Origin: an uncultured Gammaproteobacteria bacterium
Lineage (GTDB): Bacteria > Patescibacteriota > Patescibacteriia > UBA9934
DNA: 64,000 bases
Assembly: GCA_964613815.1 (NCBI GenBank)
Contig: CAZTKG010000004.1
Span: 25,892 to 89,891, forward strand
Reading direction: 5' to 3'
Shown here: positions 1-9,688 of the stretch, one piece after another
Layout: each line of letters starts with the position of its first letter
How positions within the stretch are numbered: the stretch's first letter is position 1
The notes under the pieces: generated by a model
What the model saw: the letters and a program-made list of their open reading frames with translations, nothing else
The model's database searches: none
Told to the model about the DNA's origin: nothing
Position numbers and translations under genes: made by a program

Positions 1-1
1 T

Positions 2-739
2 CTCAAGCTCGCCGACGCCGAAGTCATCATCATGATCGAAGGCACCGCCCCGATCATCTTCGACGCCTTCCACCCCGAAGACGCCGAACGCGTCCTCCTC
101 AGAGGCGTCAAGGACGAACCAGACCGAACCTCCAGCATGGAGAAACGTGCAGACAAAGCACTCTACAAAGGCCCCAAACTCGGAAAAGACACGACACACC
201 TCGTCATCCCCACTGCCAATCTCTGGGCATCCATCCGAGGAGGCGGAAAAGGACTCAAGACGGCAAACAAAAGCGTCTTCACAACGAGCAAGGACAAAAC
301 CCTCCTTCCCGCCCTTCTCAGATTCACACACACCAATGTATTGCTTCTGAGACGAACCAGGGGGACAAGTGTCCGCTGGGTATCCAGCCAAGACCGCCTC
401 CCAGACGGCAGACTAGGTCGCAACCCCAACAACAATGCCGCAACCTTCATCGCCAGAGCAAGCCTCGAAGCTGGATGGCTCGGCCTCGCTCACGCCGTCG
501 TCACCGCCGGAGGCATCGAAGGCGTCACCCTCGGCACCATCCAAACCCTCCTCGAACGTGGCGGCAGACTCGAAGGCCTCTGCTCCTTCCGCCCCGCCTG
601 CTCCGGCAACTTCGGCACCTACCGCCCAGTCCATCTGGCTGTCCGCCCCCTCGCCGAAGACGCGCAGAGCTACAAGGGTCCAAACCTCACCTCCGTTCTC
701 GGCGGCCGAGGTATCGCAAACAAGACATTTGCCGCATAG
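2..739 (+). CDS. Cas7/RAMP-like protein, paralog 1 (probably 5'-truncated by window edge)
   Basis: Frame is open from the window start. LY..(H)LVIPTANLWASIRGGG segment and C-terminal Gly-rich loop GLCSFRPACSGNFGTY resemble RAMP/Cas7 folds. C-terminus SYKGPNLTSVLGGRGIANK matches the next ORF. Confidence 0.55.
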   Translation, partial: LKLADAEVIIMIEGTAPIIFDAFHPEDAERVLLRGVKDEPDRTSSMEKRADKALYKGPKLGKDTTHLVIPTANLWASIRGGGKGLKTANKSVFTTSKDKTLLPALLRFTHTNVLLLRRTRGTSVRWVSSQDRLPDGRLGRNPNNNAATFIARASLEAGWLGLAHAVVTAGGIEGVTLGTIQTLLERGGRLEGLCSFRPACSGNFGTYRPVHLAVRPLAEDAQSYKGPNLTSVLGGRGIANKTFAA

Positions 740-785
740 ACGCCCACACCCCCCTCAAAAAGGGGAGTTTTTTTATCCAAATCCA

Positions 786-814
786 TTGACATCACACACC
801 CAACCTGCTACATT
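786..814 (+). promoter_or_regulatory. sigma70 promoter (TTGACA-17-TACATT)
   Basis: Consensus -35, 17-nt spacer and -10, just after terminator hairpin CCCCTCAAAAAGGGGAG-T run; AGGAG RBS before ATG 844. Confidence 0.7.
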
Positions 815-843
815 CCCTCTCCGCTCATTACACAGGAGACTCC

Positions 844-1602
844 ATGCCAAAAGACACCTACCTACGCATCACCATGACCCTCTCAGCCCTCAACGGCTCC
901 CCCCTACTCATGGAACGCTGCGCCCCAGACCGCATCCCCATCCTCAAGCAAGACCCCCCAAAAAAGACAAAAGACGGCAAAAAAAGAAGGTATCGTAAAT
1001 CCGACCTCAAGCCCTCCCCCGACCCAACAGACATCCCGCCAGAAGAAATCGCACGAGCTAAACTCTACATCAACGAAACCGGCCACCCCGTCATCCCTGC
1101 CATCAACCTCCTCACCTGCCTCCGAGAAGCCGGTCGTCACATCAAGGTCAAAGGAATCCCCCTCACCCGAGCAAACGGAACATCCATCGTCCACAAGGTC
1201 ATCACCTTCAACGCAGAAGCCTTCCCCCTACACAACATGCTCGGCGATACCCCTATCACCGTCGACGTCATCCAAGTCGACAAACGAAAAGGTCAATCCG
1301 GCCCCATCGCCCGCCCCGTCTTCGACGAATGGCAATTCCACGTCACCATGACCGTCCGCACAAACGCTCTCGGCGGCACGCTCAGCAAATCCCTCATCCG
1401 CAGCCTCGTCGCCACCGCCGGCGCCAGAATCGGCATCATGGCTTTCCGCAAGATAAAAGGCCACTCTTCCCCCTTCGGCAAATTCGAAATCACCGCCTGG
1501 CACGCAGAGTCCTGCAACGGCCCCACCACCTCCTACACCGGCCCCGACCTCCCAACCGTCCTCACCGCCCGCGGCGTAGCAAACAAATTCGCCACCCACT
1601 AA
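844..1602 (+). CDS. Cas7/RAMP-like protein, paralog 2
   Basis: Motifs SPLLM, LYINETGHPVIPAINLLTCLREAG, RPVFDEWQFHVTM and G-loop AGARIGIMAFRKIKGHSSPFGKFEI are typical of stand-alone Cas7-group RAMPs. Confidence 0.65.
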   Translation: MPKDTYLRITMTLSALNGSPLLMERCAPDRIPILKQDPPKKTKDGKKRRYRKSDLKPSPDPTDIPPEEIARAKLYINETGHPVIPAINLLTCLREAGRHIKVKGIPLTRANGTSIVHKVITFNAEAFPLHNMLGDTPITVDVIQVDKRKGQSGPIARPVFDEWQFHVTMTVRTNALGGTLSKSLIRSLVATAGARIGIMAFRKIKGHSSPFGKFEITAWHAESCNGPTTSYTGPDLPTVLTARGVANKFATH

Positions 1603-1685
1603 CCACCAATCGGTGGTATTTTTCTTGCCAAATTCAATATTCACCGCTAACATTACTCTTCGTTCATTCAAAACAGGAGCACCAC

Positions 1686-3572
1686 GTGCAAAACCTCACC
1701 CTCCAAGCCCTCCTCGCAAACTTCCCGCACCCAACCCCGCGCCCCCTCCAGCTCGACGCATTCAACCAAATCGTCGCCACAAAAGGCCCCGGCGTCATCC
1801 TCGAAATGCCCACAGGAGGAGGCAAAACCGCCATCTACATCGCCGCCGCACGCACCATCGTGCAAGCCGGCAAGGGCCCAGTCATCATCGCCACCCCCAC
1901 AAAAGTACAACTCGACCAAATCGCCGCAAAATTCCCAAACGACGTCATCGTCACAAGCGGACGCAGCGACTACGAGTGCAACCTTTTCGCAGAAAAACAC
2001 GGCGAACCCGGCACCTCCGCCGCCGACTCCCCCTGCTACATGCTCGACTGCCCCCACCGCGTCAACATGGACTCCGGCAACGTCCAAGACCCATCGGCCA
2101 CCCCCTGCAACTACTACCAGGCCAAATGGAATGCACACGTCGCCATCCATCGCGGCAAGATCCTGCTGACCACCGTCGCATGGCTCCTCACAAACCGACT
2201 CCTCGTCAAACAGTGGCGCACCATCACCCCAGCCCTCACCATCATCGACGAAATCCACCGCCTCCCGCAAACTGTCAGATCCCTCTTCCGCCGCCAAATC
2301 ACCGACTACCACATCGGAAAAGTCGCCGAAGCCCTCGAGCCACACGCTCCAGATGAAGCCACAGAACTCCACGCATTCAGTAGACTCCTCGGCGAAATCA
2401 CAAGAACTCACGGTAGCAAGACATCACAGCCAGGGAAAAAGCACCTACTCAAGCAAGAGGACCTCAAAAAACTCATCACAGCCGCGCGCAAAATCGACAC
2501 CGCCAAAATCAAAAAAGCCACCAAGGCCGCCATCGATTCCGGCGCCCTCGATCCTACTCACGACAGAGCCGAACTGAACACCCTCGAGTCCATCGTCCTC
2601 GGCCTCCATCGCATCATTAGAAGCATGGAATACGGCACAACCGAGCACACGAAGCACCCAACAAACTTCGTCATCGCCTACTGGTACCCAGATTGGTACC
2701 TCGACAACACCAAAAAACGAGCAGCGACCACCCTGGTCATCCACTCGTACTACGTCGCCGGCGCCATCAACGCCGTCGTGGGCAGCCAAATCTTCGGCGC
2801 ATCCGCAACCCTCGGCAACCACAGAATCTTCGGCCACGAATCAGGCATCAAAGCCCCCATCGTCTCCATAGGCTCAGCATTTAACGCCGACAACACCCGC
2901 CTCTACCTCCCATCAGACGCCATCAGCCTGTCCCACCCCTCCGCAGCCACACGAAAAAAGAGACGAAACAAGGCACTCAGACGCATCATCACCGCAGCCC
3001 TCCGTTTCACCACAGAAGGCCACCGCTGCCTCGTCATCGTCCAGTCAGAAACAGAACGAGCCAAATTCGCAGAATTCGCCGCAGCATCATCACTCCAAGT
3101 GGTGACCTACGACGAAACCCAAAACGCTCGAGAGGCAACCGCCGCGTTCAAAAAAGGCAAAGGCAACGTCCTCCTAGGCACCGCCGCGCACCTCGCAGAA
3201 GGCTTCGACGCCCCTGGCACAATCGCCCCCGTCACCTTCTTCCTCCGCGCCGGCTTCCCGCCCAAAGATGCTCCCCAAGCCCAATTCGAACACCGCCGCT
3301 TCGGCAAAAACGGATGCTGGGCCATCTGGCAACACCGAGCAGCTATCCAAGCCATCCAAGCAAGAGGCCGAAACGTCCGCACAGCAACCGACCGCGGAGT
3401 CACCTTCTTCATCTCCGCCCAATTCCGCTCCTGGCTCTTCAACGCAATCCCCAAATGGCTCCAATCCGCCTACAAAGGCAACCTCATCATGGACACCTGC
3501 ATCGAAGACGCCCTCACGCTCCTGGCCACCCGAACCGGAACCCCAACCTCCGGCGCCCGCGAAGCCATCTAA
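1686..3572 (+). CDS. DinG/XPD-family SF2 helicase with probable Fe-S cluster
   Basis: Q-motif PRPLQ, Walker A MPTGGGKT, DEIH, SAT, EGFD, motif VI QARGRNVRTATDRG, four Cys after motif Ia. GTG start at 1686 with AGGAG RBS and own promoter (TTGCCA 1625/TAACAT 1648). Confidence 0.88.
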   Translation: MQNLTLQALLANFPHPTPRPLQLDAFNQIVATKGPGVILEMPTGGGKTAIYIAAARTIVQAGKGPVIIATPTKVQLDQIAAKFPNDVIVTSGRSDYECNLFAEKHGEPGTSAADSPCYMLDCPHRVNMDSGNVQDPSATPCNYYQAKWNAHVAIHRGKILLTTVAWLLTNRLLVKQWRTITPALTIIDEIHRLPQTVRSLFRRQITDYHIGKVAEALEPHAPDEATELHAFSRLLGEITRTHGSKTSQPGKKHLLKQEDLKKLITAARKIDTAKIKKATKAAIDSGALDPTHDRAELNTLESIVLGLHRIIRSMEYGTTEHTKHPTNFVIAYWYPDWYLDNTKKRAATTLVIHSYYVAGAINAVVGSQIFGASATLGNHRIFGHESGIKAPIVSIGSAFNADNTRLYLPSDAISLSHPSAATRKKRRNKALRRIITAALRFTTEGHRCLVIVQSETERAKFAEFAAASSLQVVTYDETQNAREATAAFKKGKGNVLLGTAAHLAEGFDAPGTIAPVTFFLRAGFPPKDAPQAQFEHRRFGKNGCWAIWQHRAAIQAIQARGRNVRTATDRGVTFFISAQFRSWLFNAIPKWLQSAYKGNLIMDTCIEDALTLLATRTGTPTSGAREAI

Positions 3573-3692
3573 CCCGCCCAAACAGGCGGTTTTTTATTCG
3601 CCCACATCAAACAAACACTTCACAAGTTTAAACAGTTGACAATCATCAAAATCTCCGCTAATATTCCCAACCAACGTTCATTAGGAGCACCA

Positions 3693-4109
3693 ATGCCCGA
3701 ATCCGTAGAAATGTCCCGCGCCCGCATGCGCTTCATCATCTTCGCCGAACCCATCACAGGCGCCTTCGCTCTCATCTGCGCCATACTCGGCGTCGGCTTC
3801 TTCTTCACCCAAGAACCGTTCTGAGTCTTTCAAAACGACCTCTTCCTCCTCGGAAAAGGCGCTAGCTACGGCATGATCGCATTCGCCATGATCACCGGCC
3901 TCCGAGAAAACCATCCAATCCTCCCCGGTATCCTCGGACTCTTCGCCCTCGTCACCGCCATCTTCACCGGCATGCAAATATTCATCCTCCGAGCCATAGG
4001 CATCCTCATCGGCTACATCATCGGAAACCTACTCCTGACAGTCATCGGCAATCAAGATGACCTCACCGCCGCCAAAACCCACAACTCCATGGACGCCCTC
4101 GGACTCTAA
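3693..4109 (+). pseudogene. small multi-TM membrane protein interrupted by an in-frame TGA at 3822-3824
   Basis: ORFs 3693-3824 and 3873-4109 are in the same frame, joined by *VFQNDLFLLGKGASYG. One promoter (TTGACA 3636), one RBS, one terminator. Confidence 0.6.
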
Positions 4110-4207
4110 TATCCCCCAAAAGGGAGTTCTTTTTTTATTACCCATCCCCATTGACTTCCCCCCATTTTCATGCTACAATTCCCCGTCCTTTTCACAACGA
4201 GGCACCA

Positions 4208-5047
4208 ATGCTGAATCTCACCCTCCTGCTCCTGCTGACCCTCTTCTCCTGCGACGACAAAGAGGAATCCCGAACCCCTCCCCCCGCAGAAACCACTCAG
4301 ATCTCCCCCACCCCAAAAGCATGCGCCTTCGGAGAACGCGCAGAGGACACCAAAACCCCTCCCTACGTCGACACCGAGGCGATCTGCGCCAAACGAACCA
4401 AACTCCGCCCCATGGAAGCCTCCATGCTTCCCATCATCACGAAGCGCTACAACGCCAGACTCGCGCAACACGGCATCGACATATACATCGAACGCTGCCT
4501 CTCCTTCCGGGACATCTTCACACAGGTCGAATCCCTCACCCTCCTCCCCGCAGCCCTCATCGCCGGCTTCGCCATGAGCGAAAGCGGCGGCTGCAAACAG
4601 TCCGCAAGAGGATCAAACGGCGACATCAGCATCATGCAGATCTTCGCCTCAAGCGCCAAACACCGCCGAACCACCGCCAAGCTCCTCGACATCAAAGTCG
4701 ACAATCTCGACTACAGCGAAAACCCCCTCCACAACATCCTCCTCGGCGCCGTCATCCTCGCAGACTATGAAAACCGTGCAAGCTCCCGCTTCCACGGCAT
4801 CCTCTCCTACAACACCGGCCCCACCGGCATGCGCCGCATCGCCCGCAAGATCAAAAGAGGAACTCTCCCGCCCCTCATCGCCATGCGAGCCAAGGCTCCG
4901 ACGACGACCATCAAACACTACGTCGAACGCGTCATCGCCGACGCCACCATCATGATGGCCGCCCTAGAGGGAACCCTCATCCAGCCACACGACGCCCTCT
5001 CCCCAACCCAAATCCCCGGCTGGAACCCCGCCGATGATTGCAACTAA
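4208..5047 (+). CDS. lipoprotein, lytic transglycosylase (SLT-like)
   Basis: Lipobox-like MLNLTLLLLLTLFSC; SLT motifs MSESGG, IMQI, NILLG, SYNTG, HYVERV. Confidence 0.75.
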   Translation: MLNLTLLLLLTLFSCDDKEESRTPPPAETTQISPTPKACAFGERAEDTKTPPYVDTEAICAKRTKLRPMEASMLPIITKRYNARLAQHGIDIYIERCLSFRDIFTQVESLTLLPAALIAGFAMSESGGCKQSARGSNGDISIMQIFASSAKHRRTTAKLLDIKVDNLDYSENPLHNILLGAVILADYENRASSRFHGILSYNTGPTGMRRIARKIKRGTLPPLIAMRAKAPTTTIKHYVERVIADATIMMAALEGTLIQPHDALSPTQIPGWNPADDCN

Positions 5048-5087
5048 CAATCATCAAAACCCCCGCACCCGCGGGGGTCTATCTTTT

Positions 5088-5156
5088 CTATCTATCGTCC
5101 ACAGGACCCAATCGCCCCAAAGGGGCCCTATCGTTTCGATTCATCGAAATCCTATC
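5088..5156. repeat. cluster of (C)CTATCG-spaced mini-hairpins
   Basis: ctatcGTCCacaGGAC, aatcGCCCCaaaGGGGC, ctatcgtTTCGATtcATCGAA; similar clusters at 26945 and 40001. Confidence 0.5.
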
Positions 5157-5211
5157 ATCATCCCATCTCGACCAACACAAAGAAATCTCTCCAATCCAGT
5201 CAAAACAAAAC

Positions 5212-6282
5212 CTATGCAATACGAAAATGCATCACATCCCCATCCTTCACAACATACTCCTTCCCCTCAACCCTTAACTTCCCCTGCTCCTTCGCCCCAT
5301 GCTCCCCACCACAAGCCACAAAATCCTCATAAGCCACAACCTCCGCCCGAATATACCCTTTCTCAAAATCCGTATGAATCTTCCCCGCCGCCTGAGGCCC
5401 CGTCATCCCTTTCGTCACCGTCCAGGCCCGCGTCTCCTTCTCACCAGTCGTTAAATACGTAATCAAATTAAGCATCCCATAACTCTCCCGAATCACCCGA
5501 TCAAGCCCACTCTCTTCCAACCCTAAATCCCCCAAAAATTCTTTCGCCTCATCCCCATCAAGCACCGCAATCTCACTCTCAATCTTCACACTAAGCGGAA
5601 TAACCCGCCGATCATCACCAAAATCAAGCCCATTCCCAATCTCACCTTCATCCACATTCCCTACATACAAAATAGGCTTCATCGTAATCAAACTGCTGCT
5701 AATCCCCTTCACAACTTCTCGCTCCAAATCAGAAATCTCCACCTCACGAACCATCTTCCCAGCCTCCAAAGCCCCTTTAAACCGCTCCATGACCCCCTTC
5801 TCCATTTCCAAATCCTTATCACTCCCACTTCTTAATTGCTTTCCCAAATTCTCGACCCGCTTCTCAACAATAGCCAAATCCGCAAGCATCAATTCCATCT
5901 CAATCACCTCAATGTCCCGCCCAGGATCAACACTCCCATCAACATGCGCCACATCCCCCTCTTCAAAAGCACGAACAACATGTAAAATCATATCCGTCTC
6001 GCGAATATTAGCCAAAAACTTATTCCCAAGCCCCTCCCCCTCACTCGCCCCCTTCACAAGCCCAGCAATATCAACAAACTCAATAGCCGTCGAAATCACC
6101 TTCTCCGACTTCGACATATCCGCCAAAACACGCAAACGATCATCCGGAACTTCCACAATCCCAACATTCGGCTCAATCGTACAAAACGGAAAATTCGCAC
6201 AATCCACCTGCTTTTTGGTGAGTGCGCTAAACAACGTAGATTTCCCCACATTTGGGAGTCCAACAATACCAACTTTTAACAT
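5212..6282 (-). CDS. ychF: redox-regulated ATPase YchF
   Basis: GIVGLPNVGKST, NFPFCTIEPN, DIAGLVKGAS, GKIHTDFEKGYIRAE, GKEYVVKDGD. Confidence 0.98.
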   Translation of the reverse strand: MLKVGIVGLPNVGKSTLFSALTKKQVDCANFPFCTIEPNVGIVEVPDDRLRVLADMSKSEKVISTAIEFVDIAGLVKGASEGEGLGNKFLANIRETDMILHVVRAFEEGDVAHVDGSVDPGRDIEVIEMELMLADLAIVEKRVENLGKQLRSGSDKDLEMEKGVMERFKGALEAGKMVREVEISDLEREVVKGISSSLITMKPILYVGNVDEGEIGNGLDFGDDRRVIPLSVKIESEIAVLDGDEAKEFLGDLGLEESGLDRVIRESYGMLNLITYLTTGEKETRAWTVTKGMTGPQAAGKIHTDFEKGYIRAEVVAYEDFVACGGEHGAKEQGKLRVEGKEYVVKDGDVMHFRIA

Positions 6283-6398
6283 ACCGCCCAATCATAAACG
6301 TCAATCACCAATCAAACAAGTCCAGAGATTGACACAAAGCCATTTTTCTGGTTGGATTAGCAGTGTTCATTCACAATTTTCTTCTATTCGGAGTCACA

Positions 6399-6914
6399 AT
6401 GCTCATCGCATTCTTCACCCTGATACTCTCCATCATCTCCCCTGCAGCTGCGTGCCCTACCGGCACCACGAACAAGGATCTCATCGCACCCATCCAGGCC
6501 GCCATGATCGCCGCCTTCAAGCAGGTCGACATGGAAGCCTTCAGCGCCTCAGCAAGCAAAGCTCAGACGACCTTTCTCTGCCTCCAAGAACCCATCAGTC
6601 ACGAGGCCGGAGCGGCATACCACCGCCTCCAAGCCGTCACGCTCATGGTCTCAGGAGATGAAGAAGGAAGCCGGCTCGCTTTCGCTGCAGCCATCCGACT
6701 CGATCCAACCTACCGTTTCACCATTCTTCCAAGTGGCCACGCCGTTCTCACGGCCTACGGAGCGGCAAGATTCATCGAAATCGGAGAAAAAGTACAGGTC
6801 ACAGATGACCTTATCGACGGCTCATCACAAGGCGTTGCCCTCTCCGACCTCCCCTACATCGGCCAACAAGTCGACGAAGAGTCCATCGCCAAAACCACCT
6901 ACCACAAACCATAG
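6399..6914 (+). CDS. secreted hypothetical protein
   Basis: Signal peptide, GGAG RBS, upstream TTGACA at 6329; helical TPR-like segment AFAAAIRLDP. Confidence 0.6.
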   Translation: MLIAFFTLILSIISPAAACPTGTTNKDLIAPIQAAMIAAFKQVDMEAFSASASKAQTTFLCLQEPISHEAGAAYHRLQAVTLMVSGDEEGSRLAFAAAIRLDPTYRFTILPSGHAVLTAYGAARFIEIGEKVQVTDDLIDGSSQGVALSDLPYIGQQVDEESIAKTTYHKP

Positions 6915-6923
6915 GAGTAGCAC

Positions 6924-8498
6924 ATGCAAGGCCTCAAGCCACACAGACGCTACAAGCTGATTCAAGAAATCGGCTCAGGCGGAATGGCATTCGTGTGGCT
7001 CGGTGAAGATAAGCGGTTCGGTGTACAGCGAGCCCTCAAGATTCTCCAGCCTCACGTCCTCCAATCCGACATCGTCATCGAGCGTTTCAAGCGGGAAGCG
7101 GAGCTACTCATGCAACTCGCGCACCCGAATGTCATCACACTCTACGACGTCGGCGCCTTCATCGACGAAACCGGACGCGAGCACCCCATGCTCATCATGG
7201 AACTCGCCAAAGGAAGTCTCGACAAATTCGTCGGGCGCGGAACACGACTTCCAGACCATCAACTCGCAAGAGCTATGATCGACGTCCTGGAAACGCTTGC
7301 CTACATCCACGAAGCAGGAGTCATCCACCGGGACATCAAACCCGGCAACATCCTCATAGACCGCTGGGGCGTCTACAAGCTTTCCGACTTCGGTGTCGCA
7401 CAAGACCCAAAACACTTCGGAGAGCTCACCGGCATCAATCTCACCATGGGATCCGGACGATATCTCTCGCCAGAATCGTTCAAAGCCGCGGCAAGCATGG
7501 GACCACGCGCAGACATTTTCGCGCTCGGCATCACCATTCTCGAACTCGCGAGCGGAAACATCGCAACCCCAGGAACCGCCAATATCGCCGAACAACTGCC
7601 AAATTTCATCGATTCCGTTCCACCTCCATGGCGCGAAATCGTCCGAAGAGCAATCCGAGTCAATCCAGACGACAGATTCCAGACGGCAGAAGAGATGCTC
7701 GCAACAATCCGGGAAGCAACAGGTATCCAAACGTCGGATCCAAGGCCAATCGTCATCCTGCAAGAAGCTCCTACTTCAACAACGATCACGACACCGCGCC
7801 ACGAACCGACTTCAAAACCTCTACCTCCACCAAAACCGCTACCCCCATTCCGTCCACAGCCAGGAGATGCCTGGCGCGCCCCGGAATGCACAATCCCAGG
7901 AATCGCCATGTCACCGCCAGCAGACCGAAGACCCTTCATCCGTCTCAGCGCGGCAACAAGCATCCTATGCTTTCTGTGCACGCTAATCGCTCTCTTCATC
8001 CCAGAAGCCGAGCGAAGCGCCGAGGCAGCACAAGTCGAAAAGCCAAGCGTTATCGAAACAGTCGCTAGCCTCATCGTCGATACCGGAATCATCCCCCCAC
8101 TGACCCCGACCATCGACACCGGAGAGCACCCCAAGATCATCGCACCCCCCGCCCCAAAGGAAACCCCTTCCCCAAAAGCGAATGCAAAGCCTCCACAAAA
8201 GGCAAAACAAACGCAAAAACCGGAAGAAGTCCCAAAGGCCATCAAGCGCAGGTCAACCCTCCGAAGCGTCACACTTCATCAAGACACGCAAGTAGCCGGC
8301 ATCAAAGTCTGGCTCGCCGACGCCGACACGGGTGAGGTCCGCAATCTGGGAGCAACGCCCAAAGGCAGATACTTCATCCTCGCCGACTTCGGAAACGGAA
8401 GAAAACCCGCAGGCGAAGTCGACGTAACAATCGGCGCTGCCAATTGGCGCGTCAAATGCGTCAAAGCCTTCCAAACCTGTACCACCGAACATCGGTAA
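6924..8498 (+). CDS. Hanks-type Ser/Thr protein kinase with TM segment and Pro-rich linkers
   Basis: IGSGGMAFV, RALK, HRDIKPGN, DFG, YLSPE, DIFALG. Confidence 0.95.
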   Translation: MQGLKPHRRYKLIQEIGSGGMAFVWLGEDKRFGVQRALKILQPHVLQSDIVIERFKREAELLMQLAHPNVITLYDVGAFIDETGREHPMLIMELAKGSLDKFVGRGTRLPDHQLARAMIDVLETLAYIHEAGVIHRDIKPGNILIDRWGVYKLSDFGVAQDPKHFGELTGINLTMGSGRYLSPESFKAAASMGPRADIFALGITILELASGNIATPGTANIAEQLPNFIDSVPPPWREIVRRAIRVNPDDRFQTAEEMLATIREATGIQTSDPRPIVILQEAPTSTTITTPRHEPTSKPLPPPKPLPPFRPQPGDAWRAPECTIPGIAMSPPADRRPFIRLSAATSILCFLCTLIALFIPEAERSAEAAQVEKPSVIETVASLIVDTGIIPPLTPTIDTGEHPKIIAPPAPKETPSPKANAKPPQKAKQTQKPEEVPKAIKRRSTLRSVTLHQDTQVAGIKVWLADADTGEVRNLGATPKGRYFILADFGNGRKPAGEVDVTIGAANWRVKCVKAFQTCTTEHR

Positions 8499-8599
8499 CA
8501 TCCGCATCATTCGATGCGGCTTTTTTTATCAAACCACTTGACATTTCCCCAAAACAAACATAATCTACCCCCTCGTTCATTTCATTCATCGGAGCCACC

Positions 8600-9664
8600 A
8601 TGCATATCCTCCTCGCAGCACTTTTGCTGCTCACACAGGCATTCGCAACCCCACACGCCCGAACCATCATCGTCGGCGTCCCAGGTTACGCAAATGCCCC
8701 CGAGGCATACGCAAGCCTTCCAAACGCCACCAACCACTGCCTCGCAATTCGAGGCATCCTCAAGAGAGAATCTCCACTCGCCCTCTGCACCACAGAACTG
8801 ACCGAAAAAGAGGCAATCCTCAAGGCCACAACAGTCTTCATCCAAAACCCAGAAGACACGACTCCAGTCGCCATCTTCTGGCGAGGACTCGCCCTCTCCG
8901 GACCAAGTCTCGCCGCAAGCGACACAAAGATCTACGAGCCCCCAAACGGCTCCGAAATCTCCCTGAGCACCCTCAGTGACACACTGGCACGCGCCGCTCC
9001 AAACGCAGTCCGTGCCATCATCACAAACACGGCGCCAGGCGAAACCACAGACGAATTCCTCATCCCAGACGGACACGAAGACATCAACATCCCCGGAGCA
9101 CTCGTACTCCACATCACTGCAAGAGGCGAAGGAATCACCGAGGAGACAACCAGAAACGCAACCATGGACTGCTGGCTGAACGCCGGAGACTCCATCACTG
9201 CCGACGGCAACCTCCAGGCAAACGAATACGCCTACTGCATCTCGCGAGCACTCCCATCTTCGACCCTCCACTTCATCGGAAACTGGCGCGAACAAACCCT
9301 CACCGGCCCAATCACGCCTCCCCCTCCACCACCTCCGCCTGAAGTCATCGAAGACGATCCACCGGAAATCAAAACCCGACGAATCACCCACTCGGCAGTA
9401 AAGCCAGTCACGATCTCAATCGGTACCGCCAGCTTCATCGCTGCCGGCACCCTCACTGCGATCGCTGAACTGGAACGACTGCGCCTCATCGATGCGAACG
9501 CTTCCTACGGCTCCTTCCGGGAAACAAAAGAAGCAGCAGCTCGCTACGATCGCATGCGATTCGCAAGCTACTACCTCTTCGCCACCTCCGGCGTCACGCT
9601 TTCCCTAGGCACCACGAGCATCATCGTTTCCGCTCGCCAGGCGCGCATCAAGAAAGCCTTCTAG
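8600..9664 (+). CDS. secreted/membrane-anchored hypothetical protein (possible degenerate caspase-like N-domain, poly-Pro linker, C-terminal TM hairpin)
   Basis: Signal peptide; IIVGVPGY..LPNATN resembles the start of a caspase fold; PPPPPPPP linker; own promoter TTGACA 8538. Confidence 0.55.
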   Translation: MHILLAALLLLTQAFATPHARTIIVGVPGYANAPEAYASLPNATNHCLAIRGILKRESPLALCTTELTEKEAILKATTVFIQNPEDTTPVAIFWRGLALSGPSLAASDTKIYEPPNGSEISLSTLSDTLARAAPNAVRAIITNTAPGETTDEFLIPDGHEDINIPGALVLHITARGEGITEETTRNATMDCWLNAGDSITADGNLQANEYAYCISRALPSSTLHFIGNWREQTLTGPITPPPPPPPPEVIEDDPPEIKTRRITHSAVKPVTISIGTASFIAAGTLTAIAELERLRLIDANASYGSFRETKEAAARYDRMRFASYYLFATSGVTLSLGTTSIIVSARQARIKKAF

Positions 9665-9688
9665 CCACCCATCAGGGTGGTCATTTTT

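Noticed and set aside
1329-1685. N-terminal extension of the 747-aa DinG ORF
   Set aside because: It overlaps the Cas7-like gene, its terminator and the next promoter; the real start is most likely GTG 1686 with an AGGAG RBS.
3822-3824. Genetic code 25 (TGA=Gly) for the genome
   Set aside because: All conserved genes translate full length in code 11 and several end at TGA.
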